DNA from: a virus
DNA: 64,000 nt
Reading direction: 5' to 3' (one strand)
IMG/VR virus record: IMGVR_UViG_3300021379_000425
Coordinates: 21,253 to 85,252 of that record
The notes beneath the pieces are model-generated. The model did no database searches. It was not told the DNA's origin and was given only the letters and a program-made list of their open reading frames with translations. Position 1 is the stretch's first letter; every line of letters begins with the position of its first letter. Positions 36,287 through 45,757 of the stretch are shown here, piece after piece. The position numbers and the translations under genes were made by a program.

Positions 36287-38998
36287 ATGCGTAGGGGCGA
36301 AGACATCGAGAAAGCCCCTTCCAAACCTAAATCTTTCAAAGAATATTTAGAAACAATGCTGTCCGAAACTCCACCGTGGGCTTTGTACGAGGAAGGTGGA
36401 GAAACGGCACTTGATTATTCACCTTACGACCACCCTAAACTGAAAAATGTTGAAGATAAAAAGAAAGAAGATAAATTAAGAGAGTTGCTATTACATGATG
36501 AACCTAGATACCGACCTAGACTTCTTGACCCCGAAAATGCTGTGTTTGTACCTAAATTAGATGATAGATTAGATTCTGTTATAGATGACCCTTTGATAAA
36601 CTATGGTAAAAAATTCGCAAAGCCTTTTGAAAATGTAATAAGACAGGGTAAAAGATTAGTTGACCCTAAATTAATACGACCAAAATCGAGTGTACAAACT
36701 ACATTACCGCAACATTTTCCTAGACTAACAACCGAAAATCCTTACGATGAAGAGGGTAGAATAAAACCCGGTGCTATTGCGCCGATAACTGCTTTTAAAC
36801 AAATGGGTAGAGATGCTTTCAATAATCTTCTTTCTTACGGTTTGATACCCGGATTAACAGTTGATTCCTTAGATTGGGAAGATAGGTCTAATTTACGAGA
36901 TATGACTCCTGTTCCTGTAAAATCGGGGGCATCATTTGTAGCCCCAGTAGGTACTTTAGATGCCATAAGGGGTACAATGAATCAATCGGGAGGTCGAGGA
37001 AAACCGATTTATGTAGGCATTAGAGGATTTGCACAACCGGAAGATAAAGCATTCTTGAGAACAGACAGTAGAGAACCAATAGAGGCGGCGGCTTTGGGTC
37101 GTATTCCACCGGAAAGATTGGTTTTACCTTTCAATGTAGCACAATCGGGAAAGGAATTTGGAAGCCCACTTTCTTTTGAAGAATGGCGAAATGCTTCAAA
37201 AGGACCTACAACATTTGAAGATTATGTGGCACAAATGAAAGGTCCGAGGTATCTTCAACATTTACAAGATGCTGGATATACGGAAGAAATAGATGATTAC
37301 AGGCAACTTTGGAATAGTAGACAAGATATGCAAAGATTAGATTATGAAAAGTATTTACAAACAATGAAAAATTCTAGTATAAGAACAAATTTATTGAATC
37401 AAAGACTGGCTGAATTAGGAGAAGATTTTCCACCCTTAACGGCTGAAAATTACCCAATGGAAGGGGGGCAAAGAAATCCTTACCAAACATTATACTACGA
37501 ACATCTTTACGAAGATAAATTTCCAAAAACTGCCGCTGATACAAAAAATACAAGGGTAAAACAGGCTTTAGGTGCTGTGCCGAAAGAATGGAGTCAAAAC
37601 ACTAAATTTAATTTGATGAACCCTGCTTTAAGCGATGCTGAAAGGGAAGCAATAAGACAAGAATTTCAAGCGAATGCTGACCACGAAATACATATGAATA
37701 GTAGACATGATGGCACTGTTCACCCTGCTCAATTCAATAGAATTACAAGAGGTTTGATGAGCGCAATATATGGTCCACAAGCATCTAATATGATTGATTT
37801 CCGAGACAATGTAGGAGATTCTTATTCCGAAAGAGGTGAAAAAATAGGATTAGAAATGAATAACCCAGCGGCGGCATCGTTAGGATTACCTAATACATGG
37901 AACGCACCTCAATTATTCAATCCTAATTTCAATCCTAATCAATCAGTGATAAAAGCACCAAGAATCACTGCATACAGTCCTAGAGAAATAAGAGACATAG
38001 CACCCGACCTGCAAGGAATTAGGTATATACCGAAAGAATACTTAGAATCCGCTGGTAAGCCAATTAGAGTTCATAGTGGTGGGAAAAGAGGTGTAGGGCA
38101 ATCCTATGATTGGGAGCAGGATTTACAGCGATTAAAATACGATATACCGCAAAGTAGTTTTTATTCATGGATGATAAATAAACCAAAACCGCTTACAGGT
38201 TTGTTTAGTGAAGAATTTAGAATGATACCCGAATACAATATTGCAGGAAGAGAGTTAGAATTATCTCCGGTTGAAAGTGGAAATATTGTCGCTGGACAGT
38301 TTATGCACCCACCAGTAAAAGAAGCATTAAGAGAACCCGATTATACTGCACATCTTCACAGACCGATGGCTCTCACTGGAATATTGGAACAGCCTCAATT
38401 CATGAGAGAAGGAACTGAGGGGTCTAAAGGATTAGGTGAAGGATTCCACTATGGAGAACTAGAGCCGGATTCTGTCGTACAATTAGAACTACCACATAAT
38501 ATACAGCCTATGGAAATGGCTAGTGTTGCTAGGAAAAGAGAGTATGATAGACCTAGAAATCAAAGAGAGAAAGACGCAATGAATTGGTTAAGCCACATAC
38601 CAAGTATGGGTGTGCCTACATCTACTGAATGGTGGAAGCAACAGGGTGCAACGGAAATGACCGCACCTCAACTTGAACAGGCTGGATTATTCCAAGCCGG
38701 TGAACCAATGGACATCGCTATGCAGTTGCTAAAGCGGGAGATGAGTCCGGAAGCGAAACAACATAAACTCGAATATGACAAGAAGTATGAGTCCACGCCG
38801 GAGAGAGTCAAGTATCGTGAAGAGTTGAACCGTGAGCGCAGAAAGCGTGGTATCTACGGTAGCGGCGACCATATGGATGTCAGTCACACCGAGGGTGGTA
38901 AGTTAACTCTCGAAGGTGAACATGAGAATAGAGCGAGACATTTCAAAGAGCGTGGTACGCTTAGACCTAGCAAAATCGCTGTACGCAAAGACAATTGA
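36287..38998 (+). CDS. 903-aa multi-domain protein: possible ART/Tpt1-like domain, tag, C-terminal HNH-like domain
   Basis: LLSYGLIPG...ASFVAP...YVGIRG...EAAALGRIPPERL; AGEPMDIAMQLLKR (38696-38737); DHMDVSHTEGG...ENRARH. Confidence 0.6.
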   Translation: MRRGEDIEKAPSKPKSFKEYLETMLSETPPWALYEEGGETALDYSPYDHPKLKNVEDKKKEDKLRELLLHDEPRYRPRLLDPENAVFVPKLDDRLDSVIDDPLINYGKKFAKPFENVIRQGKRLVDPKLIRPKSSVQTTLPQHFPRLTTENPYDEEGRIKPGAIAPITAFKQMGRDAFNNLLSYGLIPGLTVDSLDWEDRSNLRDMTPVPVKSGASFVAPVGTLDAIRGTMNQSGGRGKPIYVGIRGFAQPEDKAFLRTDSREPIEAAALGRIPPERLVLPFNVAQSGKEFGSPLSFEEWRNASKGPTTFEDYVAQMKGPRYLQHLQDAGYTEEIDDYRQLWNSRQDMQRLDYEKYLQTMKNSSIRTNLLNQRLAELGEDFPPLTAENYPMEGGQRNPYQTLYYEHLYEDKFPKTAADTKNTRVKQALGAVPKEWSQNTKFNLMNPALSDAEREAIRQEFQANADHEIHMNSRHDGTVHPAQFNRITRGLMSAIYGPQASNMIDFRDNVGDSYSERGEKIGLEMNNPAAASLGLPNTWNAPQLFNPNFNPNQSVIKAPRITAYSPREIRDIAPDLQGIRYIPKEYLESAGKPIRVHSGGKRGVGQSYDWEQDLQRLKYDIPQSSFYSWMINKPKPLTGLFSEEFRMIPEYNIAGRELELSPVESGNIVAGQFMHPPVKEALREPDYTAHLHRPMALTGILEQPQFMREGTEGSKGLGEGFHYGELEPDSVVQLELPHNIQPMEMASVARKREYDRPRNQREKDAMNWLSHIPSMGVPTSTEWWKQQGATEMTAPQLEQAGLFQAGEPMDIAMQLLKREMSPEAKQHKLEYDKKYESTPERVKYREELNRERRKRGIYGSGDHMDVSHTEGGKLTLEGEHENRARHFKERGTLRPSKIAVRKDN

Positions 38999-39000
38999 TA

Positions 39001-39210
39001 CTGTTCACTATGTTCACTATGTTCACTTTGCTCATCAAAGTGTTCACTAAAAATGACCATTTCGATTGCCTAATGTTCAATATATCCCTTATTATAATAA
39101 TATAATATTAAGAGTAGTAGTACTATGAAAAAATGAACATTCTCATTCTGCTCATTTTGAATGAACAAAGTGGTGAACATTTTGAACAAAGCGAACATTT
39201 TGAACACAAT
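39001..39210. repeat. Origin-like element B: 9-bp-periodic TGTTCA iterons, AT-rich core, inverted TGAACA iterons
   Basis: TG(T/C)TCA at 39002, 39011, 39020, 39029, 39041 and 39074; core ATTATAATAATATAATATTAA; (T/C)GAACA at 39134, 39162, 39174, 39183, 39192 and 39201. Confidence 0.75.
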
Positions 39211-39239
39211 CTTTATGATGACCTCTCGGTTGACCATAA

Positions 39240-39815
39240 ATGAGGACAATGGATGAAATCAATCACTCGGAAGCAGAAATAAGACTACTGGGGCTGATAC
39301 TTACTCAGTCTGCATTGGTTGGATTAGCAATCGGAGTATTCGACTCGGACATATGGTTGAATAACGATGATGCGTTGGTAAACGGCTTTACATATGCAAT
39401 GGCCGCTTTCTTTATACAAGGAATAGCATATTATTTCTTTAAGATGTTCTTTGAACAGAACATGCAAGAAAGAGTCAAGATGCAGAATATTGAGAGACAA
39501 AGACAAAGCAGATTCAAGAATATGCAAAGCACATTTGATAATCGTAGAGCAGAAATGGAGTTAAGAATGCAAGAAGCACAACTAGAGGCTGAATTGCGCT
39601 GGATGGAGTCCAACCCCGGTAAAATGCCTCCTTCATGGGGTGTACAAGGTGGTTCACCTTCACTGATAAATCAGTATGAAAATAAATTAATTACAAATCC
39701 TCCTACACATCAAGCAGAAATAAAACAGCCAATTAATCTAGGAATAAAAGATGAAGAGGAAGAAGTACCTCTAAAGAAGGATGGAACACCGGATAAGAGA
39801 TACAAAACCGAGTGA
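39240..39815 (+). CDS. Membrane protein with 2 TM segments plus coiled coil
   Basis: LLGLILTQSALVGLAIGVF and GFTYAMAAFFIQGIAYYFF, followed by a charged helical region. Confidence 0.7.
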   Translation: MRTMDEINHSEAEIRLLGLILTQSALVGLAIGVFDSDIWLNNDDALVNGFTYAMAAFFIQGIAYYFFKMFFEQNMQERVKMQNIERQRQSRFKNMQSTFDNRRAEMELRMQEAQLEAELRWMESNPGKMPPSWGVQGGSPSLINQYENKLITNPPTHQAEIKQPINLGIKDEEEEVPLKKDGTPDKRYKTE

Positions 39816-39820
39816 TGTAA

Positions 39821-40081
39821 ATGGGTCGCATATTCAAAACCCCTTCCGATGACTCTACGGAGGCAACGCTTAGGGCTATGCATACCCAAAATACTCTTGA
39901 CACATATTACGAAAAAAGTTTAGGATGGATTAGAACCGTAATAATAGGGTTTATCGCAGTATTGATAACAAGTTTTTATGAATTACAAACAGGAAATTCC
40001 GTATGGGAGGGTACAGTAGAATGGTTTTACGGCAAGGTGGAAAATTTAGCGAATTTCTTATTCGGGTGGTTGTATGGTTGA
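39821..40081 (+). CDS. Small single-TM protein
   Basis: WIRTVIIGFIAVLITSFY. Confidence 0.65.
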   Translation: MGRIFKTPSDDSTEATLRAMHTQNTLDTYYEKSLGWIRTVIIGFIAVLITSFYELQTGNSVWEGTVEWFYGKVENLANFLFGWLYG

Positions 40082-40790
40082 ACCAGCAGGTACGGCACTT
40101 GTTGGTGCGATGGTTTGGGGAAAAGCGGTCTTCAATTCATACAGGCCACGCAAGGTCGGCATTTACGGCGCAGGACTAGTTGGTAAAACTACACTTGACC
40201 GCTTTATGACAACTCCGGGTGAAATGGAAGAGATTGATGAAGAAGATAGAACAACACACCTAAAATTACTGGGTAAATTTCTCTTACCTAAACCGACAAG
40301 AAAAAGAGTAGCATGGAAAGGAGAAAAGAGAGTAGTCTTTTCATCCGATATAGGTGGACAAGAGAGATTTTGGAATCTATGGATAGATGATATGGTATCA
40401 AGACAAGTAGAGGCTGTTGTCTATGTATTTGATGATAGAGCAGTAAAAGGCGGTGATGATGCATTACAACAGATTGCTGGGTTCAAATATCTAGTAGACG
40501 CAATAGTGTACAAGCAGTATCGTTATCGTAGTTTGAAAAGTAAAATTAAAGGAAAAAGATATTCTCCAAAACTGATTATGTTAGTTGCTAACAAAGCGGA
40601 TAGGTTCTTTGACGAGACTGCCGCAATGCTTTGGGGGCAAGACAGAATAGGAGAACACAAGATATTCGACCCGTTTAGAGATGATTTGATTAGGCTACAA
40701 AAGAACGGTATACCTACAAGAAAATCTTTCATGGCTACAAGAATAGGGTGGAATGTTGAAAATACAATGGTAAGTCTTTTGACAACATAG
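40074..40790 (+). CDS. Ras-superfamily (Arf/Rab-like) small GTPase
   Basis: G1 GAGLVGKTT, G3 DIGGQERF..LW, VVYVFD strand, G4 ANKAD; hydrophobic/amphipathic N-terminus. Confidence 0.88.
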   Translation: MVEPAGTALVGAMVWGKAVFNSYRPRKVGIYGAGLVGKTTLDRFMTTPGEMEEIDEEDRTTHLKLLGKFLLPKPTRKRVAWKGEKRVVFSSDIGGQERFWNLWIDDMVSRQVEAVVYVFDDRAVKGGDDALQQIAGFKYLVDAIVYKQYRYRSLKSKIKGKRYSPKLIMLVANKADRFFDETAAMLWGQDRIGEHKIFDPFRDDLIRLQKNGIPTRKSFMATRIGWNVENTMVSLLTT

Positions 40791-40799
40791 GTGAGATAT

Positions 40800-40967
40800 A
40801 TGGATAAAACGAAAATAGTATCAGTTGGTAAGGCAAGCAATAGCGTAAGAACTGTCATACCGATGTGGGTTGCTAAAATGTTAGAGATAGAAGTAGGCGA
40901 TAAGGTAACTTGGCAGATAGTAAAAACTGACAATGGCTATGCGGCAAGAATAGAGGTGGTAGAATGA
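40800..40967 (+). CDS. AbrB/SpoVT/MazE-type DNA-binding protein (55 aa)
   Basis: Manual translation MDKTKIVSVGKASNSVRTVIPMWVAKMLEIEVGDKVTWQIVKTDNGYAARIEVVE. Confidence 0.8.
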   Translation: MDKTKIVSVGKASNSVRTVIPMWVAKMLEIEVGDKVTWQIVKTDNGYAARIEVVE

Positions 40968-41887
40968 ATCAAGGATATAATTTAGCAGAAGTAAACACAG
41001 CGCATTTGTACGCTTTGAGTCAACAGGGTAACAATATGCTTTCTCATCAAGCCCTTAGTGACCAAGCATTAGCGCAAACAGCAATGCAAGAAATAGGTAC
41101 TGAACAGAATTTACAAGTTCCTAAAGTAAATTTCTACCCAAGTAGACATCCCGACCCTCATAAGGCTAGAAGAAAAGACATCAAACAGGCTTACAAACTT
41201 CTTATGCCTTCAAAACGAAACTTTTTCAATCCGGCAAGAATGTTCTTAGGTCGTAAACATAGATACAACAAGCAAACAAATGTTTGTGTTGTTGATGGAT
41301 GCGATTGTGCTACTTTAATCAAATATGATAACTTGTATGATAAAATTAAAGATGAAGAAACTGGAAAATCTCTTTGGGAATTATACTGGCAAAATCCAGT
41401 AACAGGTGAAGATGAAGCGTTTATTGCGAAAGAAAAAGTCACAAATGGTAGAAAAATGAGAGGTACATATTGCCCCGAACATTTACATCTCTATCATTTG
41501 CTATGTAAGTGGGAAGCAGAAGAAGAGAAAATTCGTGAAGCAAACCCAAGAAGATTGCGTGACCATGTGAGAAAAGGAGTTAGTGTTGTTACTGTACCAG
41601 TATCGACTATCAAAAGAAAAGACCCCACTCCTAAATTCTTAGAAAAGTACGAAGGATTCTTTGCTGAACTAGAAAAAGACTCTAAGAGGACAAAAGGTAT
41701 CAACATTCTGCATTATCAAAACCCTCAAAATGGAATGAATGATGTCACTATGATTGTTTTTGACCTTAGAATATTCCAGCAAGAACTAGCAATGATGAAC
41801 CAACCGACCCCTGCATTTCAACAAATGATGAATGGGCAAGTTAATATCCAAGCCCCTGCTGAGGAAGTACCACTGATGGGTGAGTAA
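40964..41887 (+). CDS. Hypothetical protein with Cys/His metal motif
   Basis: CVVDGCDC...YCPEH. Confidence 0.7.
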   Translation: MNQGYNLAEVNTAHLYALSQQGNNMLSHQALSDQALAQTAMQEIGTEQNLQVPKVNFYPSRHPDPHKARRKDIKQAYKLLMPSKRNFFNPARMFLGRKHRYNKQTNVCVVDGCDCATLIKYDNLYDKIKDEETGKSLWELYWQNPVTGEDEAFIAKEKVTNGRKMRGTYCPEHLHLYHLLCKWEAEEEKIREANPRRLRDHVRKGVSVVTVPVSTIKRKDPTPKFLEKYEGFFAELEKDSKRTKGINILHYQNPQNGMNDVTMIVFDLRIFQQELAMMNQPTPAFQQMMNGQVNIQAPAEEVPLMGE

Positions 41888-42476
41888 CATGCTCGGACTC
41901 GGAAATAATAATCAACAACCAATGAATAACGGTATGCTTAATTTAGGTGTACAAACACAAACACAACCTGTACCGGGTCAATTCCCCGGTATGGTGCAAC
42001 AACAACAGTTTGGACAACAAATGTATCAACAACCAGCACCTCCTAGTGAAATGGAAATGCAGATTCTTTTGTTGAGAGGTATAGTTCCTGTTGACAGGTT
42101 TATCGCAAGTAATCAAATGGCTACACTAGTACAACTAATCAACAATGTGGTTAGTCTAAGTGTTCTTGAGGTTATGAAGAACGCAGTATTCATTGAAGAC
42201 GAAGAGGCTGGCGGATTAAAACTAGATATTACTAAACTACCAAGTCATCTTCAAACAATGAGTGCTGAGAACATCAAGGCTGAGTTTGCTACAATGCAAG
42301 GCACTGCACAAGGTAACATTCAACAGGCTGAGATGACACAGCAACAAATAGCGCAAATGGCTCAACAATCTGCAATGAGTGGTGCAATGCAACGCTTGAT
42401 GCAAGATGAAAGTCTAATGGATAAGGCTGGTGAAACCGCTGGCAAGTTCATGGGCAACTTCTTAGGCACGAGATGA
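41880..42476 (+). CDS. Gln/Met-rich hypothetical protein
   Basis: Low-complexity Q-rich ends. Confidence 0.7.
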   Translation: MSNMLGLGNNNQQPMNNGMLNLGVQTQTQPVPGQFPGMVQQQQFGQQMYQQPAPPSEMEMQILLLRGIVPVDRFIASNQMATLVQLINNVVSLSVLEVMKNAVFIEDEEAGGLKLDITKLPSHLQTMSAENIKAEFATMQGTAQGNIQQAEMTQQQIAQMAQQSAMSGAMQRLMQDESLMDKAGETAGKFMGNFLGTR

Positions 42477-42480
42477 TAAT

Positions 42481-42723
42481 ATGGATGAAAGGAGATACAT
42501 GCCAAGTGGAGTGGCGGCTTCAACGCTAGATGTTTTGAACCCTACAAGAAGCGTTACTGTTGATATGATAATGGTACAGTTCTTGTCTGCCATACTTACA
42601 ATTCTTGTAATCATATTATTCAAAGGTCAAACTTTAGGTTCTTCTACTGCATCTTACTTGATGCTCGCTATGATAGCATCAATTATTATGCTCTCAACAG
42701 TATATGCTAGAATAACCAAATAG
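42481..42723 (+). CDS. Small 2-TM membrane protein (holin-like size)
   Basis: Two hydrophobic helices. Confidence 0.65.
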   Translation: MDERRYMPSGVAASTLDVLNPTRSVTVDMIMVQFLSAILTILVIILFKGQTLGSSTASYLMLAMIASIIMLSTVYARITK

Positions 42724-42963
42724 TCACCATTTGTTTAACGGGCAATTAGAGTTGAACAGATTTGTTTTAGCATTAATAAAACATCCACATTCAAGACAAC
42801 GGTTGTTTCTTCTACTTGGGCATGTTTGACAAATTCTGCGTCTTTCATCTTTGAGTATAGCGGGTGCAAATCGACCCTTAGCCGTGTCACTGATAGCCAT
42901 TTTCAAACTATCAATTGATTCTTTTGTGAGAGGCACTTTTGCTATTCTCTTTCCCTTCCACAT
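42724..42963 (-). CDS. Small Cys-rich protein (DUF6171-like)
   Basis: RRRICQTCP...RCLECGCFINAKT...CPLNKW. Confidence 0.65.
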   Translation of the reverse strand: MWKGKRIAKVPLTKESIDSLKMAISDTAKGRFAPAILKDERRRICQTCPSRRNNRCLECGCFINAKTNLFNSNCPLNKW

Positions 42964-43022
42964 GATTTGCCCAGCACCTATTTAACCATAATCGTTTTGA
43001 ATAACCATTGTTTAACCATGCT

Positions 43023-43700
43023 ATGGGCGGAGAGCGTGTTGTAAAACGCTCATGTGCATTTTGCACACATGAAGACCGTGACAAACTTGAGGAACAACTG
43101 CTTCAAGGTTACATTTCTCCAAAGCAACTGGACAAAGATATGGGTTGGAGAACAAACACCACTGACCGTCATTTTCGCAATCACATGGGCGAGTATCACA
43201 TGGCTTCAAACACAAGTTGTGCGCTTTGTACTACACCACTGAGAGCAGATTACGAGAGAATCTATTTTGAGGATGGAAGTAATATAGAAAGGATTGCCAG
43301 TGAATTAGAAATAAGTGAGGATAATGTATATCATCACATGAAGCACCACTTCCAACCGTTAGTGCAAAAGTCTGCGGCAGTGGAAGTAGCATTAGTCGCT
43401 GGGCAAGAAATAAACCTATTGAGGTCAAACGCTGAAAAATTAAACTACAAACTGAGCGAACTGCTTGACGAAGGCACTGTTCATGAAGATGGATTCGTAA
43501 GAGATGCTGTTGCCTTGCACAAGGAAGTTAGAGAAACTGTCAAAGACTTGCTACGCTTCCAAGACCAATGGGGTGCGAAGGCTGAGGGTCAACAAGTCAA
43601 TCAAACCTTCAACATTCTACAAGTTGAACTGGGTAAAGAAAGCCCCGAAACTTGGTCTAGGATAAAGAATCAATTAATGGAAAATATGGGGGTTGAATAA
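43023..43700 (+). CDS. Tandem Zn-HTH protein, terminase small subunit candidate
   Basis: Two CxxC...HxxxH repeats plus a coiled coil; late operon upstream of TerL. Confidence 0.5.
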   Translation: MGGERVVKRSCAFCTHEDRDKLEEQLLQGYISPKQLDKDMGWRTNTTDRHFRNHMGEYHMASNTSCALCTTPLRADYERIYFEDGSNIERIASELEISEDNVYHHMKHHFQPLVQKSAAVEVALVAGQEINLLRSNAEKLNYKLSELLDEGTVHEDGFVRDAVALHKEVRETVKDLLRFQDQWGAKAEGQQVNQTFNILQVELGKESPETWSRIKNQLMENMGVE

Positions 43701-45757
43701 TGCCAATGATGGGAAGAGGTTCGGACACTCGTATGTACTCGCCCCGTAGCGAGTCCGACAAGATGTATTCATCGGCTAATGAAGACGAGAGTAAGTATAA
43801 TCCTGCGTCACCCGAATACAATGAGGAAAAGCGTGAGGAAAAGAAACGCAAAGAAGAAGAGCGCAAGGAAAGCCGTTCCAAAATAAAACATATCAAAATT
43901 CGTGCATCACAAGGTCTTGGTGAAGAAACCAAAGAAGAAGGGCTTGATGATGGCAACAAGCGTGATGATGAGCGTGAAATGGCTCTTCAAGGTGGTCCTG
44001 CCGGAAGTAGAGGTACACTACTTGACCTCGCTACTGGGGCGAAGAGTGGAACTGGAAGTGCAATGAGTCCGGGTCTACCTATTGCTATGAGCGAACCAAT
44101 GACTGACGCTTGGAGTGACTTGTTAAAGTCTAAGAAAATATCTCCGGGTATTGGCGCAGATGAGTCCGATGCTTTAGAAGAGAGAATGAGAAGGGCTGGC
44201 GAAAAAGTTGGAAGAGATTTCTCTCATTTAGGACAAAGGAGAGTAGAAACAGGTAGAAGTAAGCGTGGAGAAGTAAGTAGAAATTTTAAAACATCAACTG
44301 GTGGCACTGGTAAACTATACACAGGTCCAAGAAATAATCGTGCGTATAGAAGAGAACTGGCTGAAAAGCAAAAAGAGTTAGAGGAAGAAAGAAGAAAGAC
44401 AGAAGATTTCATAAATCGAACCAAAATACACCCCGGAGAGGAAAATTTTAGACCGGATAAAATGATTAACACTGATTCTATATCTAATTTACACGAATCG
44501 GGTTTAATTGAACCGCAAGATGTAGCAAGAGATACTGATAGAGGTGGCTATGCAAGAATAGAAATGGATGGCGACAAACCTGTTTCTACTGGTGTTGCAC
44601 CATCGGAATTTAACGACCTTAGAGGTGCGATGTCTATTGAAGAGGCTTTTGATAGAGCCGAAAGAGGTATACCAGTTATTGAAGTAAATCCCGAACACCC
44701 TGATATGGCAGATGTAGGGGATATAGAATCCGATATGACTGGTACATACATACCCGAATCGCCTAAGATGCAATTTGGTTTTCGTGAAAATCCTTACTTG
44801 AGAAATACTAAAACTGGTAATTTTGCTAGAGTAGATGCAACGCCTTCATTCCGTGGTATTCCGTTCAATGAAAATACATATTTCACAGCGAGTGAGCCAA
44901 TGGATAATGCATGGAGTAGTTTGTTAAAGAGAGAAACACCAAAGACAATTGCATCTCGAAGAAGAAGAGAAGCAAGACAACAATTCCGACCAAGCACAGG
45001 ACAATTCAAGACACCTCCGGGCGGTATGACACCGGAGGGTTCCACAATGCGAAGATTCAAAGCCCGTATGCGTGGTATCAAGGGTGGAAAGAAAACAGGT
45101 TTGATGAAACCTCACCTTTCTGTCGAGATGTCACACAGGGGTATTCAAACGAAGCAACCGTTGAGTAAAGACCCACAAAAGTACACACAATACAAAGGAC
45201 AATCCGAGGCAAGAAAGATTCTCGGTGGTGCAAGAACTGTATATTCTCCACATGCAAGATACGGTGCTAGGTCGAACATAGCAGGACCAACTGGTGCTGG
45301 AAGATTAAGCGGTGTCTTACCTTCTCAAAGAGGACAAATGACAAGACCTTCTCTAAGACAAATGGGTATAAGAAGACCAAGAATGCCTAGAGTAATGAGG
45401 CCACCAATGCCTCCACAACCAATGATGCCACAAATGCAATCATCTGTACCAAGTATGCCAGCACCTATCATGGCGAGCGAAGAAAGAGCGCACAGTGAAC
45501 TTCTAAAGGCAAACTTCGCAAGAAGAATGGAGTTGCTTGAATTGATGAGAAGGCTCATTCGTGCAAAAGAAAAGGAAGCAAAAATCAAGAAGAACATCAA
45601 AGGAACTGATGAAGCACTAGTACCCGGACACCCTGTTGGAGTAAGGGCAACTGATGATGAAGACCCCGATGGACCTACTGAAAACACAGAAACAGATGCA
45701 AAGTTGTTCGGTCTTGACCCTGCTCATATTGTATCACGCAGGGGGCATATGGGATGA
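43700..45757 (+). CDS. Low-complexity putative virion protein with repeated tags
   Basis: MSEPMTDAWSDLLKS (44087-44131), ASEPMDNAWSSLLKR (44888-44932) and HSELLKA; basic Arg-rich segments. Confidence 0.7.
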   Translation: MPMMGRGSDTRMYSPRSESDKMYSSANEDESKYNPASPEYNEEKREEKKRKEEERKESRSKIKHIKIRASQGLGEETKEEGLDDGNKRDDEREMALQGGPAGSRGTLLDLATGAKSGTGSAMSPGLPIAMSEPMTDAWSDLLKSKKISPGIGADESDALEERMRRAGEKVGRDFSHLGQRRVETGRSKRGEVSRNFKTSTGGTGKLYTGPRNNRAYRRELAEKQKELEEERRKTEDFINRTKIHPGEENFRPDKMINTDSISNLHESGLIEPQDVARDTDRGGYARIEMDGDKPVSTGVAPSEFNDLRGAMSIEEAFDRAERGIPVIEVNPEHPDMADVGDIESDMTGTYIPESPKMQFGFRENPYLRNTKTGNFARVDATPSFRGIPFNENTYFTASEPMDNAWSSLLKRETPKTIASRRRREARQQFRPSTGQFKTPPGGMTPEGSTMRRFKARMRGIKGGKKTGLMKPHLSVEMSHRGIQTKQPLSKDPQKYTQYKGQSEARKILGGARTVYSPHARYGARSNIAGPTGAGRLSGVLPSQRGQMTRPSLRQMGIRRPRMPRVMRPPMPPQPMMPQMQSSVPSMPAPIMASEERAHSELLKANFARRMELLELMRRLIRAKEKEAKIKKNIKGTDEALVPGHPVGVRATDDEDPDGPTENTETDAKLFGLDPAHIVSRRGHMG

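Noticed and set aside
39001-39210. TGTTCA repeats as a mini-CRISPR
   Set aside because: The units are 6-9 bp with no unique spacers, and they invert around an AT-rich core.
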